Source: Klebsiella pneumoniae
Lineage (GTDB): Bacteria > Pseudomonadota > Gammaproteobacteria > Eutrophobiales > Eutrophobiaceae
Direction: 5' to 3'
NCBI GenBank assembly: GCA_945870865.1
Contig: CAMBTO010000001.1
Coordinates: 79,487 to 143,486 of the forward strand
DNA: 64,000 bases
Made by a program: the position numbers and the translations under genes. The notes beneath the pieces were generated by a model. The model was given only the letters and a program-made list of their open reading frames with translations. It did no database searches and had not been told where the DNA came from. Shown here one piece after another: positions 9,483 through 22,034 of the stretch (its first letter is position 1; each line of letters starts with the position of its first letter).

Positions 9483-10139
9483 ATGATGACCACACTGCGT
9501 AAATATCTGATCGCCGGCCTTTTGGTCTGGGTACCGCTGGCGGCAACAGTGGTCATTATCAAGCTGCTCATCGACATGATGGACATGATCCTGCTGCTGT
9601 TCCCCGAGCAGTATCATCCGGACAAGGTCTGGGGTTTTACCCTGCCCGGCACCGGTCTGTTGCTGGCGCTACTTATCCTGCTGGTCACCGGGTTTCTCGC
9701 GGCCAACCTGATAGGCCGCCGACTCGTGCATCTGTGGGAACACGTGCTCGGGCGGATCCCACTGGTGCGCAACATCTATAATGCCTTCAAGCAGATAACC
9801 CGTACTGTACTCGCCTCGGACAACAAGTCGTTTCGCAAGGTGGTACTGATCGAGTTCCCCACGCCCGGCCTGTGGAGTGTGTGTTTTCTGACGAATGAAG
9901 GTATCAATCTCGATTCAAAGGCGCTACCGGCCGATATGTGCTCGGTGTTTGTGCCGACCACGCCGATACCGACGACTGGCTTTAATATCATCCTGCCGAA
10001 GGACAAGGTCATTGAGCTCGATATCACCATTGAAGAGGCGTTTCGCATGATCATGTCGATGGGAGTGGTCATGCCGGATCGGCAGATCCGCGAGATATTG
10101 GCCGCCGCGACGGTTGCGAAATCAGCGCCCGCCTCGTAA
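9483..10139 (+). CDS. DUF502-family membrane protein
   Basis: MTTLRKYLIAGLLVWVPLAATVVIIKLL...GRIPLVRNIYNAFKQI: a conserved DUF502 architecture, commonly found between fmdB and aspS in gamma-proteobacteria. Confidence 0.8.
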   Translation: MMTTLRKYLIAGLLVWVPLAATVVIIKLLIDMMDMILLLFPEQYHPDKVWGFTLPGTGLLLALLILLVTGFLAANLIGRRLVHLWEHVLGRIPLVRNIYNAFKQITRTVLASDNKSFRKVVLIEFPTPGLWSVCFLTNEGINLDSKALPADMCSVFVPTTPIPTTGFNIILPKDKVIELDITIEEAFRMIMSMGVVMPDRQIREILAAATVAKSAPAS

Positions 10140-10166
10140 TATGCAGCCTTTTTGCGGGTCTGACTT

Positions 10167-11954
<1,788 letters not shown>

Positions 11955-11971
11955 CCAGTCGCACACTTGTG

Positions 11972-12016
11972 TTAGTGTAGTAAGTACAATAATATCTGGT
12001 GTACTTACTACACTAA
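11972..12016. promoter_or_regulatory. perfect 17-bp inverted repeat TTAGTGTAGTAAGTACA-N11-TGTACTTACTACACTAA; candidate NrtR operator and/or aspS terminator hairpin
   Basis: Read directly from the sequence. It lies 8 bp upstream of the start codon of the Nudix-wHTH regulator gene and 18 bp downstream of the aspS stop. Confidence 0.5.
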
Positions 12017-12023
12017 GCAGCTT

Positions 12024-12689
12024 ATGCATACCTACGCATTCCCCCATCCTGCCGTCACCACCGATATTGTTATCTTCACATTACAGGACGGACAATTAAA
12101 GGTACTGCTGATCCAGCGTGCGCATGAGCCGTACAAGGATCACTGGAGCCTGCCGGGCGGCTTTGTCGAGATCGACGAAGATCTGGAGGCCGCCGCATTA
12201 AGGGAATTGCAGGAAGAGACCGGAGTAACCGGCGTGTATCTGGAACAACTCTATACCTTTGGACAGCCGGGTCGCGACCCGCGCGAACGGGTGATCTCGA
12301 TTGCCTACTACGCGCTGGTGCCGAACGATTCGCTACACATCCGTGCTGACAGTGATGCGAAGAATGTGGGCTGGTTTGCCTGCCACCAACTGCCGGTACT
12401 CGCCTTTGACCATGACCGGATTATCGAGCTGGCACGGAACCGGCTCGCCGCCAAGCTCGAATATTCGACCATTGCGCTGCAGTTCATGCCGGCCGAGTTC
12501 ACGCTGGGCGAACTGCAAAAGGTGTACGAAACCATCCTCGACAGTACGCTGGATAAACGCAATTTCCGTAAACGCATCCTCGCGCTCGACTGTATCGAGC
12601 AAACCGGCACCAGCCGCCGGGACGGCAAACACCGCCCGGCACGTTTGTTCAGGCGCATAGCGCCTGGAAAAGTTGAATTCATCAAATAG
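12024..12689 (+). CDS. nrtR: Nudix-related transcriptional regulator NrtR-like (Nudix domain plus C-terminal winged-helix)
   Basis: Nudix box GGFVEIDEDLEAAALRELQEETG, with a C-terminal region (...LGELQKVYETILDSTLDKRNFRKRILALDCIEQTG...HRPARLFRR) matching the NrtR wHTH domain as I recall it. It sits immediately upstream of nadA at a 9-bp gap. Confidence 0.65.
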   Translation: MHTYAFPHPAVTTDIVIFTLQDGQLKVLLIQRAHEPYKDHWSLPGGFVEIDEDLEAAALRELQEETGVTGVYLEQLYTFGQPGRDPRERVISIAYYALVPNDSLHIRADSDAKNVGWFACHQLPVLAFDHDRIIELARNRLAAKLEYSTIALQFMPAEFTLGELQKVYETILDSTLDKRNFRKRILALDCIEQTGTSRRDGKHRPARLFRRIAPGKVEFIK

Positions 12690-12698
12690 GCAGACACT

Positions 12699-13775
12699 GT
12701 GAATACCATCACACCTGTGCGCAAGGACTATCGAATGTCACCGGACACCGTACCGGAGACGGTGTCCTCCCATCTCGGACAGAAGCAACGTGACGACCTG
12801 ATCGACCGCATACGCCAATTACTGATCCGCGAGAACGCGGTCGTGGTTGCTCATTATTATACCGACCCGGATCTGCAACTGCTCGCCGATGCGACCGGTG
12901 GCTATGTATCGGATTCGCTCGATATGGCCCGGTTTGGTAATGAATCGAAGGCCGATACACTGGTCGTCTGTGGCGTACGCTTCATGGGCGAGACCGCGAA
13001 GATCCTCAACCCGGAAAAACGCGTGCTGATGCCCGATCTGGAGGCGACCTGTTCACTCGATATCGGTTGTCCACCGGATAAGTTCTCCGCCTTCTGCGAC
13101 CAGCACCCGGACCGGACCGTTGTGGTGTACGCGAACACCAGTGCAGCGGTCAAGGCGCGTGCCGACTGGATGGTCACCTCTGGCAGCGCGGTTGATGTGG
13201 TCAATCACCTGAAGGCTAAAGGGGAAAAAATCCTGTGGGCGCCCGACATGTACCTCGGTCAATATGTGCAAGATAAGACCGGCGCTGACATGGTGCTCTG
13301 GCAAGGCAGCTGTATCGTGCATGAGGAGTTCAAGGCGAAAGAGCTGCTCGAATTAATGAAATTACATCCGCAGGCGAAGGTATTAGTGCACCCGGAATCA
13401 CCGGCCGCCGTGGCCGGGCTCGCCGACGTGGTCGGTTCGACAACGACCATGATCAAGGCGGCGCAACAGATGGATGCAAAGACCTTTATCGTCGCGACCG
13501 ACAGGGGCATCTTCTACAAGATGCAGCAGGCCGCGCCGGACAAGATCTTTATCGAGGCGCCGACCGCCGGCAAAAGTGCGACCTGCAAGAGCTGCGCCCA
13601 CTGCCCGTGGATGGCGATGAATAACCTGGAAAAACTCGCGGTTACGCTGGAAACCGGCAGCAACGAGATCCGGGTGGGTAAGGCGATAATCGAACGTGCC
13701 AAACGGCCAATCCAGCGTCTGCTCGATTTTGCAAAAACGCAAAATCAGGTGTTTTACGGCAATAACGACGCCTGA
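12699..13775 (+). CDS. nadA: quinolinate synthase A
   Basis: Strong colinear similarity to E. coli NadA ([51 protein letters not shown], [13 protein letters not shown]). The start is GTG at 12699, or alternatively ATG at 12735. Confidence 0.92.
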   Translation: MNTITPVRKDYRMSPDTVPETVSSHLGQKQRDDLIDRIRQLLIRENAVVVAHYYTDPDLQLLADATGGYVSDSLDMARFGNESKADTLVVCGVRFMGETAKILNPEKRVLMPDLEATCSLDIGCPPDKFSAFCDQHPDRTVVVYANTSAAVKARADWMVTSGSAVDVVNHLKAKGEKILWAPDMYLGQYVQDKTGADMVLWQGSCIVHEEFKAKELLELMKLHPQAKVLVHPESPAAVAGLADVVGSTTTMIKAAQQMDAKTFIVATDRGIFYKMQQAAPDKIFIEAPTAGKSATCKSCAHCPWMAMNNLEKLAVTLETGSNEIRVGKAIIERAKRPIQRLLDFAKTQNQVFYGNNDA

Positions 13776-13784
13776 CACGGACTG

Positions 13785-14420
13785 ATGAGCGGAGATACCA
13801 TTATCCTCGTCCACGGCCTGTGGATGAACGGTATCGACATGACTCTGCTGGCCAAACGACTGGAGAAGGCGGGATACGAGACCGCACAGTTCAGTTACCG
13901 CAGCATGGGCAATACGCCCCGGGAGAATGCGTCCCGGCTCGACAGTTTTGCCACAGGGCTTGATGCACCGGTTATCCATTTTGTCGGTCACAGCCTCGGC
14001 GGCATTGTCATACGCCATCTGTTTTTCGACTACCCGAACCGCAAACCGGGCCGGGTGGTAACACTTGGTACACCGCACCGGCCCAGTTACTCCGCCCATA
14101 ACCTGTCGAGTTATACACTGGGCAAGCTGATGCTGGGCCAGAGTGTGGTTGATGGCCTGCTCGGCAATATCCCGCCCTGGAGTGATGTGCATGACCTCGG
14201 CAGTATTGCCGGTACGATGGAATTCGGGCTGGGGCTGTTTTTCAACGGCCTGCCCTCCCCGAATGACGGGACTGTGACGGTCGAAGAAACCCGACTGCCC
14301 TATATGAAAGACCATGCCAGCGTTCACGCCTCGCACTTCGGTCTGCTGCTTTCACCCACCACTGCCGACTTGTGTCATAATTTCCTGCGCGACGGTTTGT
14401 TTGGCCGTGTCGCAGTTTGA
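13785..14420 (+). CDS. alpha/beta-fold hydrolase (lipase/esterase-like)
   Basis: ILVHGLW oxyanion region and GHSLGG nucleophile elbow; 211 aa. Confidence 0.75.
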   Translation: MSGDTIILVHGLWMNGIDMTLLAKRLEKAGYETAQFSYRSMGNTPRENASRLDSFATGLDAPVIHFVGHSLGGIVIRHLFFDYPNRKPGRVVTLGTPHRPSYSAHNLSSYTLGKLMLGQSVVDGLLGNIPPWSDVHDLGSIAGTMEFGLGLFFNGLPSPNDGTVTVEETRLPYMKDHASVHASHFGLLLSPTTADLCHNFLRDGLFGRVAV

Positions 14421-14474
14421 GTAAGCGGTGGCAAATGATAAACTTGTATACAACTTAACACGGGTGTCTCCGAC

Positions 14475-15221
14475 ATGGCTGGTCACAGTAAATGGGCAAA
14501 TATTCAACACCGGAAAAACAAGCAGGACGCCAAACGCGCCAAGCTGTTTACCAAACTGATCCGTGAAATCACGGTCTCTGCCCGCATGGGCGGGGGCGAT
14601 GCGGGTTCGAATCCGCGACTGCGTTCGGCGATCGATGCCGCGCTGTCAAACAACATGACCCGCGACACGATCGAGCGTGCGACCAAACGCGGTGCCGGTG
14701 GTGGCGAAGGTGAGCATGTCGAGGAAATTCGTTATGAAGGTTATGGCCCCGGTGGCACAGCCATCATCGTCGATTGCATGTCTGATAATCGCAATCGTAC
14801 CGTGGCCGAGGTGCGTCATACCTTTAATAAGTATGGTGGCAATCTGGGTACCGACGGATCAGTCGCGTATCTGTTTAATAAATGTGGCGTGATTTGCTGT
14901 CCACCCGGATGTAATGAGGACCAGGTGATGGCGGTTGCGCTGGAGGCCGGTGCGGATGATATCGTCAACAATGACGATGGTTCGATTGATGTGATCACGT
15001 CTTTCGAAGGGTTCCACGCGGTGAAGGCGGCGATGGAAAAGGCAAAGCTGCCGTTTGATTCATCCGAGATAACGATGCGTGCCGCAACCTCGAACACGCT
15101 GGATCTGGAAACAGCCCAGTCGATGATCACGCTGATAGACATGCTTGAAGACCTGGATGACGTACAACGCGTGTATTCGAACGCGGATATCCCTGAAGAC
15201 GTGCTGGCACAGCTGGGCTAG
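14475..15221 (+). CDS. yebC: YebC/PmpR-family transcriptional regulator
   Basis: [28 protein letters not shown]...: highly conserved YebC N-terminus, with the canonical position upstream of ruvC. Confidence 0.92.
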   Translation: MAGHSKWANIQHRKNKQDAKRAKLFTKLIREITVSARMGGGDAGSNPRLRSAIDAALSNNMTRDTIERATKRGAGGGEGEHVEEIRYEGYGPGGTAIIVDCMSDNRNRTVAEVRHTFNKYGGNLGTDGSVAYLFNKCGVICCPPGCNEDQVMAVALEAGADDIVNNDDGSIDVITSFEGFHAVKAAMEKAKLPFDSSEITMRAATSNTLDLETAQSMITLIDMLEDLDDVQRVYSNADIPEDVLAQLG

Positions 15222-15289
15222 GACTGCATGGCCGGGTCTATTGCTCTACCCAAAGACCCGTGCCCAATAAGCCATTGGCCGGAAACAGC

Positions 15290-15808
15290 ATGACCCGTAT
15301 CCTGGGTATCGACCCCGGTTCCCGTTTTACCGGTTATGGCATTATTGATATACAGGGCAACCACGCGACCCATATCTCCCATGGCACAATACGGATCCAG
15401 GGCGACGATCTCTGCTCAAAACTGCGCTATTTATTCCGTGAACTGACCGGCATCCTGAATGAGCACAGACCTGACGAGGTCTCGATAGAAAAGATATTCA
15501 TGCACAAGAATGCTGACTCGGCGCTCAAACTGGGGCAGGCGCGCGGTTGTGCGATCACGGCCTGTGCCGAGCAGGATTTGCCCGTATTTGAATACACCGC
15601 CAACCAGGTCAAACAGGCCACCGTCGGCAAGGGCCATGCGGCCAAGGAACAAGTACAACATATGATCAAGATATTACTCTGTTTACGTGAGAGCCCGCAG
15701 GCGGATGCAGCCGATGCACTGGCGATCGCCTTGTGTCATGGCCATTCACGTGAAGGCCTGAAGCGTATGGCCGGCGTCAGCGGTATCCGCAATGGCAGGC
15801 TGCAATGA
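15290..15808 (+). CDS. ruvC: crossover junction endodeoxyribonuclease RuvC
   Basis: MTRILGIDPGSRFTGYGII... This start is trimmed from the longer ORF-track call. Confidence 0.9.
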   Translation: MTRILGIDPGSRFTGYGIIDIQGNHATHISHGTIRIQGDDLCSKLRYLFRELTGILNEHRPDEVSIEKIFMHKNADSALKLGQARGCAITACAEQDLPVFEYTANQVKQATVGKGHAAKEQVQHMIKILLCLRESPQADAADALAIALCHGHSREGLKRMAGVSGIRNGRLQ

Positions 15809-16407
15809 TAGGTTCGCTGCGCGGTAAGTTGGTCATTAAACAGGCACCACATCTGGTGGTGGATGTTGGCGGTGTCGGTTACGAAATTGAAGCCCCGATG
15901 AGTACGTTTTATAACCTGCCCCAGGCCGGTGCCGAGGTCCATATCTTTACCCACCTGGTCGTGCGCGAAGACGCACATTTATTATTCGGCTTTGCCACCG
16001 AGCAGGAACGGCGGCTATTCCGCACGCTGCTGAAGGTCAACGGCGTGGGTGCAAAGCTGGCGTTAACGATCCTGTCCGGTATTGAAACCGACGAGTTTAT
16101 CCAGTGTATCCAGACCGGTAATACTGACCGGCTGGTGCGTCTGCCGGGTATCGGCAAAAAGACGGCGGAACGGCTGGTCATTGAGATGCGTGACCGTCTG
16201 AAAGACTGGCACACGGAGCTCCCGGGCAAGCCTTTAACCGCCGGGGCAGCCAAGCCGGCATCGAGCGCGGCGGATGACGCGATCAGTGCACTGGTATCGC
16301 TCGGTTATAAACCGCAGGAGGCGAGTCGATTTGTTTATGCAGTCGCGACAGACGGGATGGACAGTGAATCGCTGATCCGGGAGGCGTTGAAGGCGTCTGT
16401 CCGGTGA
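15805..16407 (+). CDS. ruvA: Holliday junction DNA helicase RuvA
   Basis: MIGSLRGKL...VGGVGYEI...; HhH motifs LPGIGKKTAERL; overlaps the ruvC stop by 4 bp. Confidence 0.92.
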   Translation: MIGSLRGKLVIKQAPHLVVDVGGVGYEIEAPMSTFYNLPQAGAEVHIFTHLVVREDAHLLFGFATEQERRLFRTLLKVNGVGAKLALTILSGIETDEFIQCIQTGNTDRLVRLPGIGKKTAERLVIEMRDRLKDWHTELPGKPLTAGAAKPASSAADDAISALVSLGYKPQEASRFVYAVATDGMDSESLIREALKASVR

Positions 16408-16444
16408 AAGTACGTGATCATTGCTTACGTTAAAGTATGTCAGC

Positions 16445-16521
16445 CGGACCGACAGGCTCGTTCCAGACACGCTGTGAATACATCCATGCGGCACACGGTC
16501 TTGCACGAGCCTGTCGGTCCG
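16445..16521. repeat. 17-bp perfect inverted repeat (CGGACCGACAGGCTCGT ... ACGAGCCTGTCGGTCCG) with 43-nt spacer in the ruvA-ruvB intergenic region
   Basis: Read directly from the sequence; it lies within the 176-bp ruvA-ruvB spacer. Confidence 0.6.
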
Positions 16522-16655
16522 TCTGTTCATGCTGATATACCGCAAGGTTAAAATGATGAAAATTAGCAGATTCTGGCATATGAATGCGATCATTGAGGTT
16601 CTATAATGACGGACAAATCAACGCATCAATCCAGAATGCACAGACACCAGACATA

Positions 16656-17690
16656 ATGGCCGGACCCGACCCGATAATTTCACCCGCAGGCACAACTGAG
16701 GATGCCGTCGTTGACAAGGCACTGCGTCCGAAAATGCTGGCTGAATATCATGGCCAGCCCGCGGTCCGTGAGCAGATGGAGATCTTTATCAATGCAGCGC
16801 GCAAGCGTGGTGAACCGCTGGATCATGTGCTCATCTTTGGACCACCCGGCCTCGGCAAGACCACGCTGGCCCATGTGATCGCCAACGAAATGAATGTAAA
16901 CATGCGCCAGACCTCGGGTCCGGTACTTGAACGCGCGGGCGATCTGGCGGCACTGCTGACCAATCTGGAACCAAACGATGTGTTGTTTATTGATGAAATT
17001 CACCGTCTCAGCCCGGTGGTGGAAGAGATACTCTACCCGGCGATGGAAGATTACCAGATCGATATCATGATCGGTGAAGGACCGGCGGCACGGGCGATCA
17101 AGCTGGACATTCCGCCGTTTACGCTGGTCGGTGCGACCACCCGCGCCGGACTGCTGACCTCACCGTTGCGTGATCGCTTTGGTATTGTGCAAAGGCTGGA
17201 GTTTTATAATAGCGAGGACCTCTCACGCATCCTCGCCCGTTCGGCCAATATCCTGAAAGTAACGCTGGAGACCCGGGGCGCTACTGAAATTGCCTCACGT
17301 TCGCGCGGTACGCCGCGTATTGCAAACCGCCTGCTCCGACGTGTGCGTGATTTCGCCGAGGTCAGGGCAGATGGTGTGATCACTGCCGATATTGCCAACC
17401 AGGCACTGGACATGCTGAATGTCGACGAGCATGGTTTTGATATGATGGATCGCAAGCTGTTGCTGGCGATTATCCAGAAGTTTGACGGTGGACCGGTCGG
17501 GCTGGACAGTATCGCCGCGGCCATCGGTGAGGAACGCGATACGATAGAAGATGTGATTGAACCCTATCTGATCCAGCAGGGCTTCATGATGCGCACACCG
17601 CGAGGCCGGGTCGTGACCCGCCAGGCCTGGTTGCACTTCGGACTGGATCTGCCCAAAAACCTGTTGGCTGATTCGGATCTGTTTACATGA
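16656..17690 (+). CDS. ruvB: Holliday junction branch migration helicase RuvB
   Basis: Walker [12 protein letters not shown], the sensor motifs, and a C-terminal winged helix. The start could be 16584 (upstream ATG) or, more likely, 16656 (MAGPDP...). Confidence 0.92.
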   Translation: MAGPDPIISPAGTTEDAVVDKALRPKMLAEYHGQPAVREQMEIFINAARKRGEPLDHVLIFGPPGLGKTTLAHVIANEMNVNMRQTSGPVLERAGDLAALLTNLEPNDVLFIDEIHRLSPVVEEILYPAMEDYQIDIMIGEGPAARAIKLDIPPFTLVGATTRAGLLTSPLRDRFGIVQRLEFYNSEDLSRILARSANILKVTLETRGATEIASRSRGTPRIANRLLRRVRDFAEVRADGVITADIANQALDMLNVDEHGFDMMDRKLLLAIIQKFDGGPVGLDSIAAAIGEERDTIEDVIEPYLIQQGFMMRTPRGRVVTRQAWLHFGLDLPKNLLADSDLFT

Positions 17691-18111
17691 CGGGTGAACA
17701 ATCGGTCGCTGAATCCCGGGAATTCTTCTGGCCTACCCGGGTCTATTATGAAGATACCGATGCCGCGGGCGTCGTGTATCATTCGAACTACCTGAAGTTT
17801 ATGGAACGGGCAAGGACCGAGTGGCTGCGCATGGCGGGTTACTCGCAGAAATCACTGGCAGAAGCTGACGGTATTGTTTTTGTTGTGGCGAAAATGAATA
17901 TAGAATTTACCAGTCCGACCTGTTTCGACGAACTGCTGAATGTCTGTTCGAAAGTGACCGGCACCCATGGGGCAGGATTGATGTTCGAACAGACAATCAC
18001 GGGCGAATCCGGGGTCGTCAAGTGTCGGGCTGATGTACAGATTGTCTGTGTAGACGCGAAGACATTCCGGCTCAGACGTATACCCAATTCCATCAAGGCA
18101 AAACTTAATTT

Positions 18112-18115
<4 letters not shown>
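17687..18115 (+). CDS. ybgC: Tol-Pal-associated acyl-CoA thioesterase YbgC
   Basis: Hot-dog fold 4HBT family, [19 protein letters not shown]; located upstream of tolQ. Confidence 0.85.
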
Positions 18116-18786
<671 letters not shown>

Positions 18787-18817
18787 GACCGGATGAGGAA
18801 AGAAGGATAAAAAATTC

Positions 18818-19270
18818 ATGCGCCAGAGAATAAAGAAAAGCCCCATGGCAGAGATCAACGTCGTTCCGTATATCGACGTGATGCTGGTGTTGCTGATCAT
18901 ATTCATGGTCACTGCACCGTTGCTCAGTCAGGGTGTCAGTGTGCAGCTGCCGAAGCTGTCCTCCGAGCCGATGCCACCGGAACCGGACAACCCGCCGGTC
19001 GTGATCAGTGTCGACAAGGACGGCAATTTCTATATTGCGTTCGGTGGCGAGAATGCCGAAGATCAGGACAAGCCGGTAGAGGCGCAGGCGCTGGTCAACC
19101 GGGTGGCGGCCCTGCTGAAGTATGCGACAGAACAAAACCGGCCGAAGACCCGGGTGTTCGTAAAAGGCGACACCAACGTTCCCTATGGCAAGGTCGTGGA
19201 ACTGATGGCCATGTTGCAGACGGCAGGCGTTGAAGGGGTCGGTCTGATTACCGATCCCCCTGAAGGATAG
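18818..19270 (+). CDS. tolR: Tol-Pal system protein TolR
   Basis: EINVVPYIDVMLVLLIIFMVTAP: the ExbD/TolR signature. Confidence 0.9.
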   Translation: MRQRIKKSPMAEINVVPYIDVMLVLLIIFMVTAPLLSQGVSVQLPKLSSEPMPPEPDNPPVVISVDKDGNFYIAFGGENAEDQDKPVEAQALVNRVAALLKYATEQNRPKTRVFVKGDTNVPYGKVVELMAMLQTAGVEGVGLITDPPEG

Positions 19271-19276
19271 TCAACG

Positions 19277-20095
19277 ATGACACTGCTGCTTACCCGTTCG
19301 ATCATCCTGTCTGTAATCGTGCATGCGATTGCCGTGGCCATGCTGATCTTCAGCCTGGAATTCTCGCCCGAGCCAATACAGGCGGTCATGCCTGCCGGAC
19401 AGATCATGGACGCCACTGCGGTCGACGCAAAACAGGTCGAGCAGGAAGTCGCGCAGCTGAAAAAGCTGGAACAAAAAAATGTCACCCGCGAGCGTGAACT
19501 CGAACAGAAGGTAAAGGACCTGGAAAAGAAATCGCAGACCGCCGAACAAAAGCGACGTGAAGAAGAGGTCAAACTGGTCGATATCCAGAAGAAACAGGTA
19601 AAAGAGGAAACGAAACGCAAGGAAGAAGAGAAAAAGCTGGCCGATGCAAAACAGAAGCAGGAAGAGTTGCAAAAGCAGGCCGAGGTAGAACAGAAACGCA
19701 AGGAAGAGACACAAGCCAAGGCCGAGGCAGACAAGAAAAGGAAAGCGGCCGAAGACGCGCTGAAGAAACAGCTGGCGGCGGAACAGGCGACCCAGCAGGC
19801 CGCCCAGGACAAGGCAGACATGGGCATTATCAACCAGTATGTTGCGCGTATTGCCGGTGCGATACAGGCCCAGTTTAACACGGCAGGTCTCGAACCCGGT
19901 CTGTCCTGTGTATTGCAGATTCGCATGCTCCCGGGTGGCGAGGTAACCGACGCGCGGATCACCAAATCCAGTGGCAATGCCGTGTTTGACAGCCGCGCCA
20001 TCGCCGCTGTGCAGCTGGCATCACCGTTACCGGTGCCAGAAGACGCACAGGTGTTTGGCAAGATGCGCGAGATCCGTCTGACATTCAAACCCTAG
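19277..20095 (+). CDS. tolA: Tol-Pal system protein TolA
   Basis: N-terminal TM anchor, a K/E/A/Q-rich helical domain II, and a C-terminal TonB-like domain III. Confidence 0.85.
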   Translation: MTLLLTRSIILSVIVHAIAVAMLIFSLEFSPEPIQAVMPAGQIMDATAVDAKQVEQEVAQLKKLEQKNVTRERELEQKVKDLEKKSQTAEQKRREEEVKLVDIQKKQVKEETKRKEEEKKLADAKQKQEELQKQAEVEQKRKEETQAKAEADKKRKAAEDALKKQLAAEQATQQAAQDKADMGIINQYVARIAGAIQAQFNTAGLEPGLSCVLQIRMLPGGEVTDARITKSSGNAVFDSRAIAAVQLASPLPVPEDAQVFGKMREIRLTFKP

Positions 20096-20132
20096 ACAAA
20101 ACGAACGATTTATTTAAACCAGGATATGTAAA

Positions 20133-21437
20133 ATGATGAAACAGAACTTCCTCGTACTACTGCTCGGATTGTTCTTCAGTCTGAACGCACATGCCGTCCT
20201 GGACATTACCATAACCGAAGGTGTCGAAAAAGCGGTGCCGATTGCCATCGTCCCGTTTGAATGGGCCGGCCTGCCGGATGAGTCACCTGTGGATATGCAT
20301 GTGACCATCGCGAACGACCTGTCGCGCAGTGGACGCTTCAATACGATGGACCCAGGGGATATGCCACAGCGTCCTGTTGAGTTCAGCCAGGTGTCGTTTA
20401 ACGACTGGCGCCTGCTGGGTATGGAAAACATCGTCATCGGTAATATACGTCCGCTCGCGGAAGGTAATTACGAGGTCGAGTTCCGATTGGTTAACGTGTA
20501 CTCTGGCACCCAGATTGCCGGCTTTCGTATCCCGGCAACGCGAGCGCAGCTGCGGCGCACAGCACATCGTATCAGCGATATCGTTTATGAAAAACTGACA
20601 GGGGTACGTGGTGCCTTTGATACACGTATCGCTTATGTGGTTGTCAAGAAGCTGGCCGATGGCAACAAACAATATTCGATGCAGATATCCGATGCCGACG
20701 GATTCAATCCGCAGATCCTGCTTGAATCGAAAGAGCCGCTGATGTCACCGTCGTGGTCGCCAGACGGTAAACAACTCGCTTATGTATCGTTTGAGGGCAG
20801 AAATTCGGCCATTTATATCCAGAATCTCTTTACCGGTACCCGCGAGAGAGTCGCCGCGAATCCGGGCATCAACAGCGCCCCAGCCTGGTCTCCGGATGGT
20901 ACCCGGCTGGCGATGACCCTATCGAAAGAGGGAGACCCCGAGATCTTTGTCATGCACCTTGGCAGTAAAAACCTGCTCAGGGTCACCACGAATCGCTCGA
21001 TTGATACCGAACCCTCCTGGTCACCGGATGGCAGGATGCTGGTATTTACCTCGGACCGCGGCGGTTCGCCGCAGATCTACCAGGTCAATGCGGCCGGCGG
21101 TAATCCGGAACGACTGACCTTTACCGGAAATTACAATGCGCGGGCATGTTATTCGCCGGACGGCAAGGCACTGACACTTGTTCATGGCACTGAAGGACGG
21201 TATAAAATCGCCTATATGAATCTGGTGGCAAACACGATGAGTCTTGTCACGGATGCCAGATTCGGTGACGAATCCCCCAGCTTCGCACCGAACGGCAGCA
21301 TGATAATCTATGCGACTCAGACTGGCCGCGGGACTGAGTTGGCAGCCGTGTCGGCAGATGGACGTGTACATCAACGCCTTGCATTCCAGGACGGTGAAGT
21401 CCGCGAACCCGCCTGGGGACCCTTCCCGCAGCCATAA
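20133..21437 (+). CDS. tolB: Tol-Pal system beta-propeller protein TolB
   Basis: Signal peptide, an N-terminal TolB domain and repeated SPDG...(A/V)(Y/F) WD40-like blades. Confidence 0.92.
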   Translation: MMKQNFLVLLLGLFFSLNAHAVLDITITEGVEKAVPIAIVPFEWAGLPDESPVDMHVTIANDLSRSGRFNTMDPGDMPQRPVEFSQVSFNDWRLLGMENIVIGNIRPLAEGNYEVEFRLVNVYSGTQIAGFRIPATRAQLRRTAHRISDIVYEKLTGVRGAFDTRIAYVVVKKLADGNKQYSMQISDADGFNPQILLESKEPLMSPSWSPDGKQLAYVSFEGRNSAIYIQNLFTGTRERVAANPGINSAPAWSPDGTRLAMTLSKEGDPEIFVMHLGSKNLLRVTTNRSIDTEPSWSPDGRMLVFTSDRGGSPQIYQVNAAGGNPERLTFTGNYNARACYSPDGKALTLVHGTEGRYKIAYMNLVANTMSLVTDARFGDESPSFAPNGSMIIYATQTGRGTELAAVSADGRVHQRLAFQDGEVREPAWGPFPQP

Positions 21438-21515
21438 ATCTGTTTCAACTTGGACGGCAATGAATGATATGCTTTCACAATTACGATTAACACAGGACCT
21501 GAAGGAGTTACCCCC

Positions 21516-22034
21516 ATGAAAAACAGACTGATATTGATACTGGCCTTGGCCGGTTTATTGAGCGCTTGCGGTTCTTCACAAACGAAAGAAAACTCTGCTG
21601 CCGTTGATGACCGCACCGGCGCAGCCGATGAAAACGGCGCAACGGCGTTTGGCGCAAACGGTGACTCCACCTCCGGCGTCAGCGCACTGGATGATCCTGC
21701 GAGCCCACTTTCGGTACGCATACTCTATTTTGAATATGACAGCAGCGACGTATTGCCTGCCTACCGCGAGGTGCTGGAAGCACATGCAAACTATCTGGCG
21801 CAGAATCCAAATGTCACGATTGCACTTGAAGGCCATGCCGACGAGCGCGGGACACGTGAATATAATCTGGCACTCGGCGAGCGTCGTTCCCAGAGCGTAA
21901 AGAGCCAGATGATGGTGTTTGGTCCCTCCGCCTCGCAGCTACGTTCGACCAGTTATGGTGAGGAACGTCCGGTATCTGACAGCCATGACGAACAGGGATG
22001 GAGCCAGAATCGTCGCGTTGAAATCATTTATTGA
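21516..22034 (+). CDS. pal: peptidoglycan-associated lipoprotein Pal
   Basis: Lipobox LLSACGS and a C-terminal OmpA-like domain (...NLALGERRSQSVKSQM...). Confidence 0.9.
   Translation: MKNRLILILALAGLLSACGSSQTKENSAAVDDRTGAADENGATAFGANGDSTSGVSALDDPASPLSVRILYFEYDSSDVLPAYREVLEAHANYLAQNPNVTIALEGHADERGTREYNLALGERRSQSVKSQMMVFGPSASQLRSTSYGEERPVSDSHDEQGWSQNRRVEIIY

Noticed and set aside
13398-14336. 312-aa minus-strand ORF spanning the nadA 3' end and the hydrolase
   Set aside because: It is antisense to two well-supported plus-strand genes and crosses their intergenic gap.
19400-19800. Apparent tandem-repeat-like K/E/A/Q-rich stretch
   Set aside because: This is the normal helical domain II of TolA, not a DNA tandem repeat or CRISPR array. 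The nucleotide repeats are imperfect codon-level echoes.
19183-20088. 301-aa minus-strand Ser/Cys/Phe-rich ORF
   Set aside because: It is antisense to the tolA K/E/A-rich domain II. Its low-complexity composition is an artefact of the complementary strand of a biased coding region.
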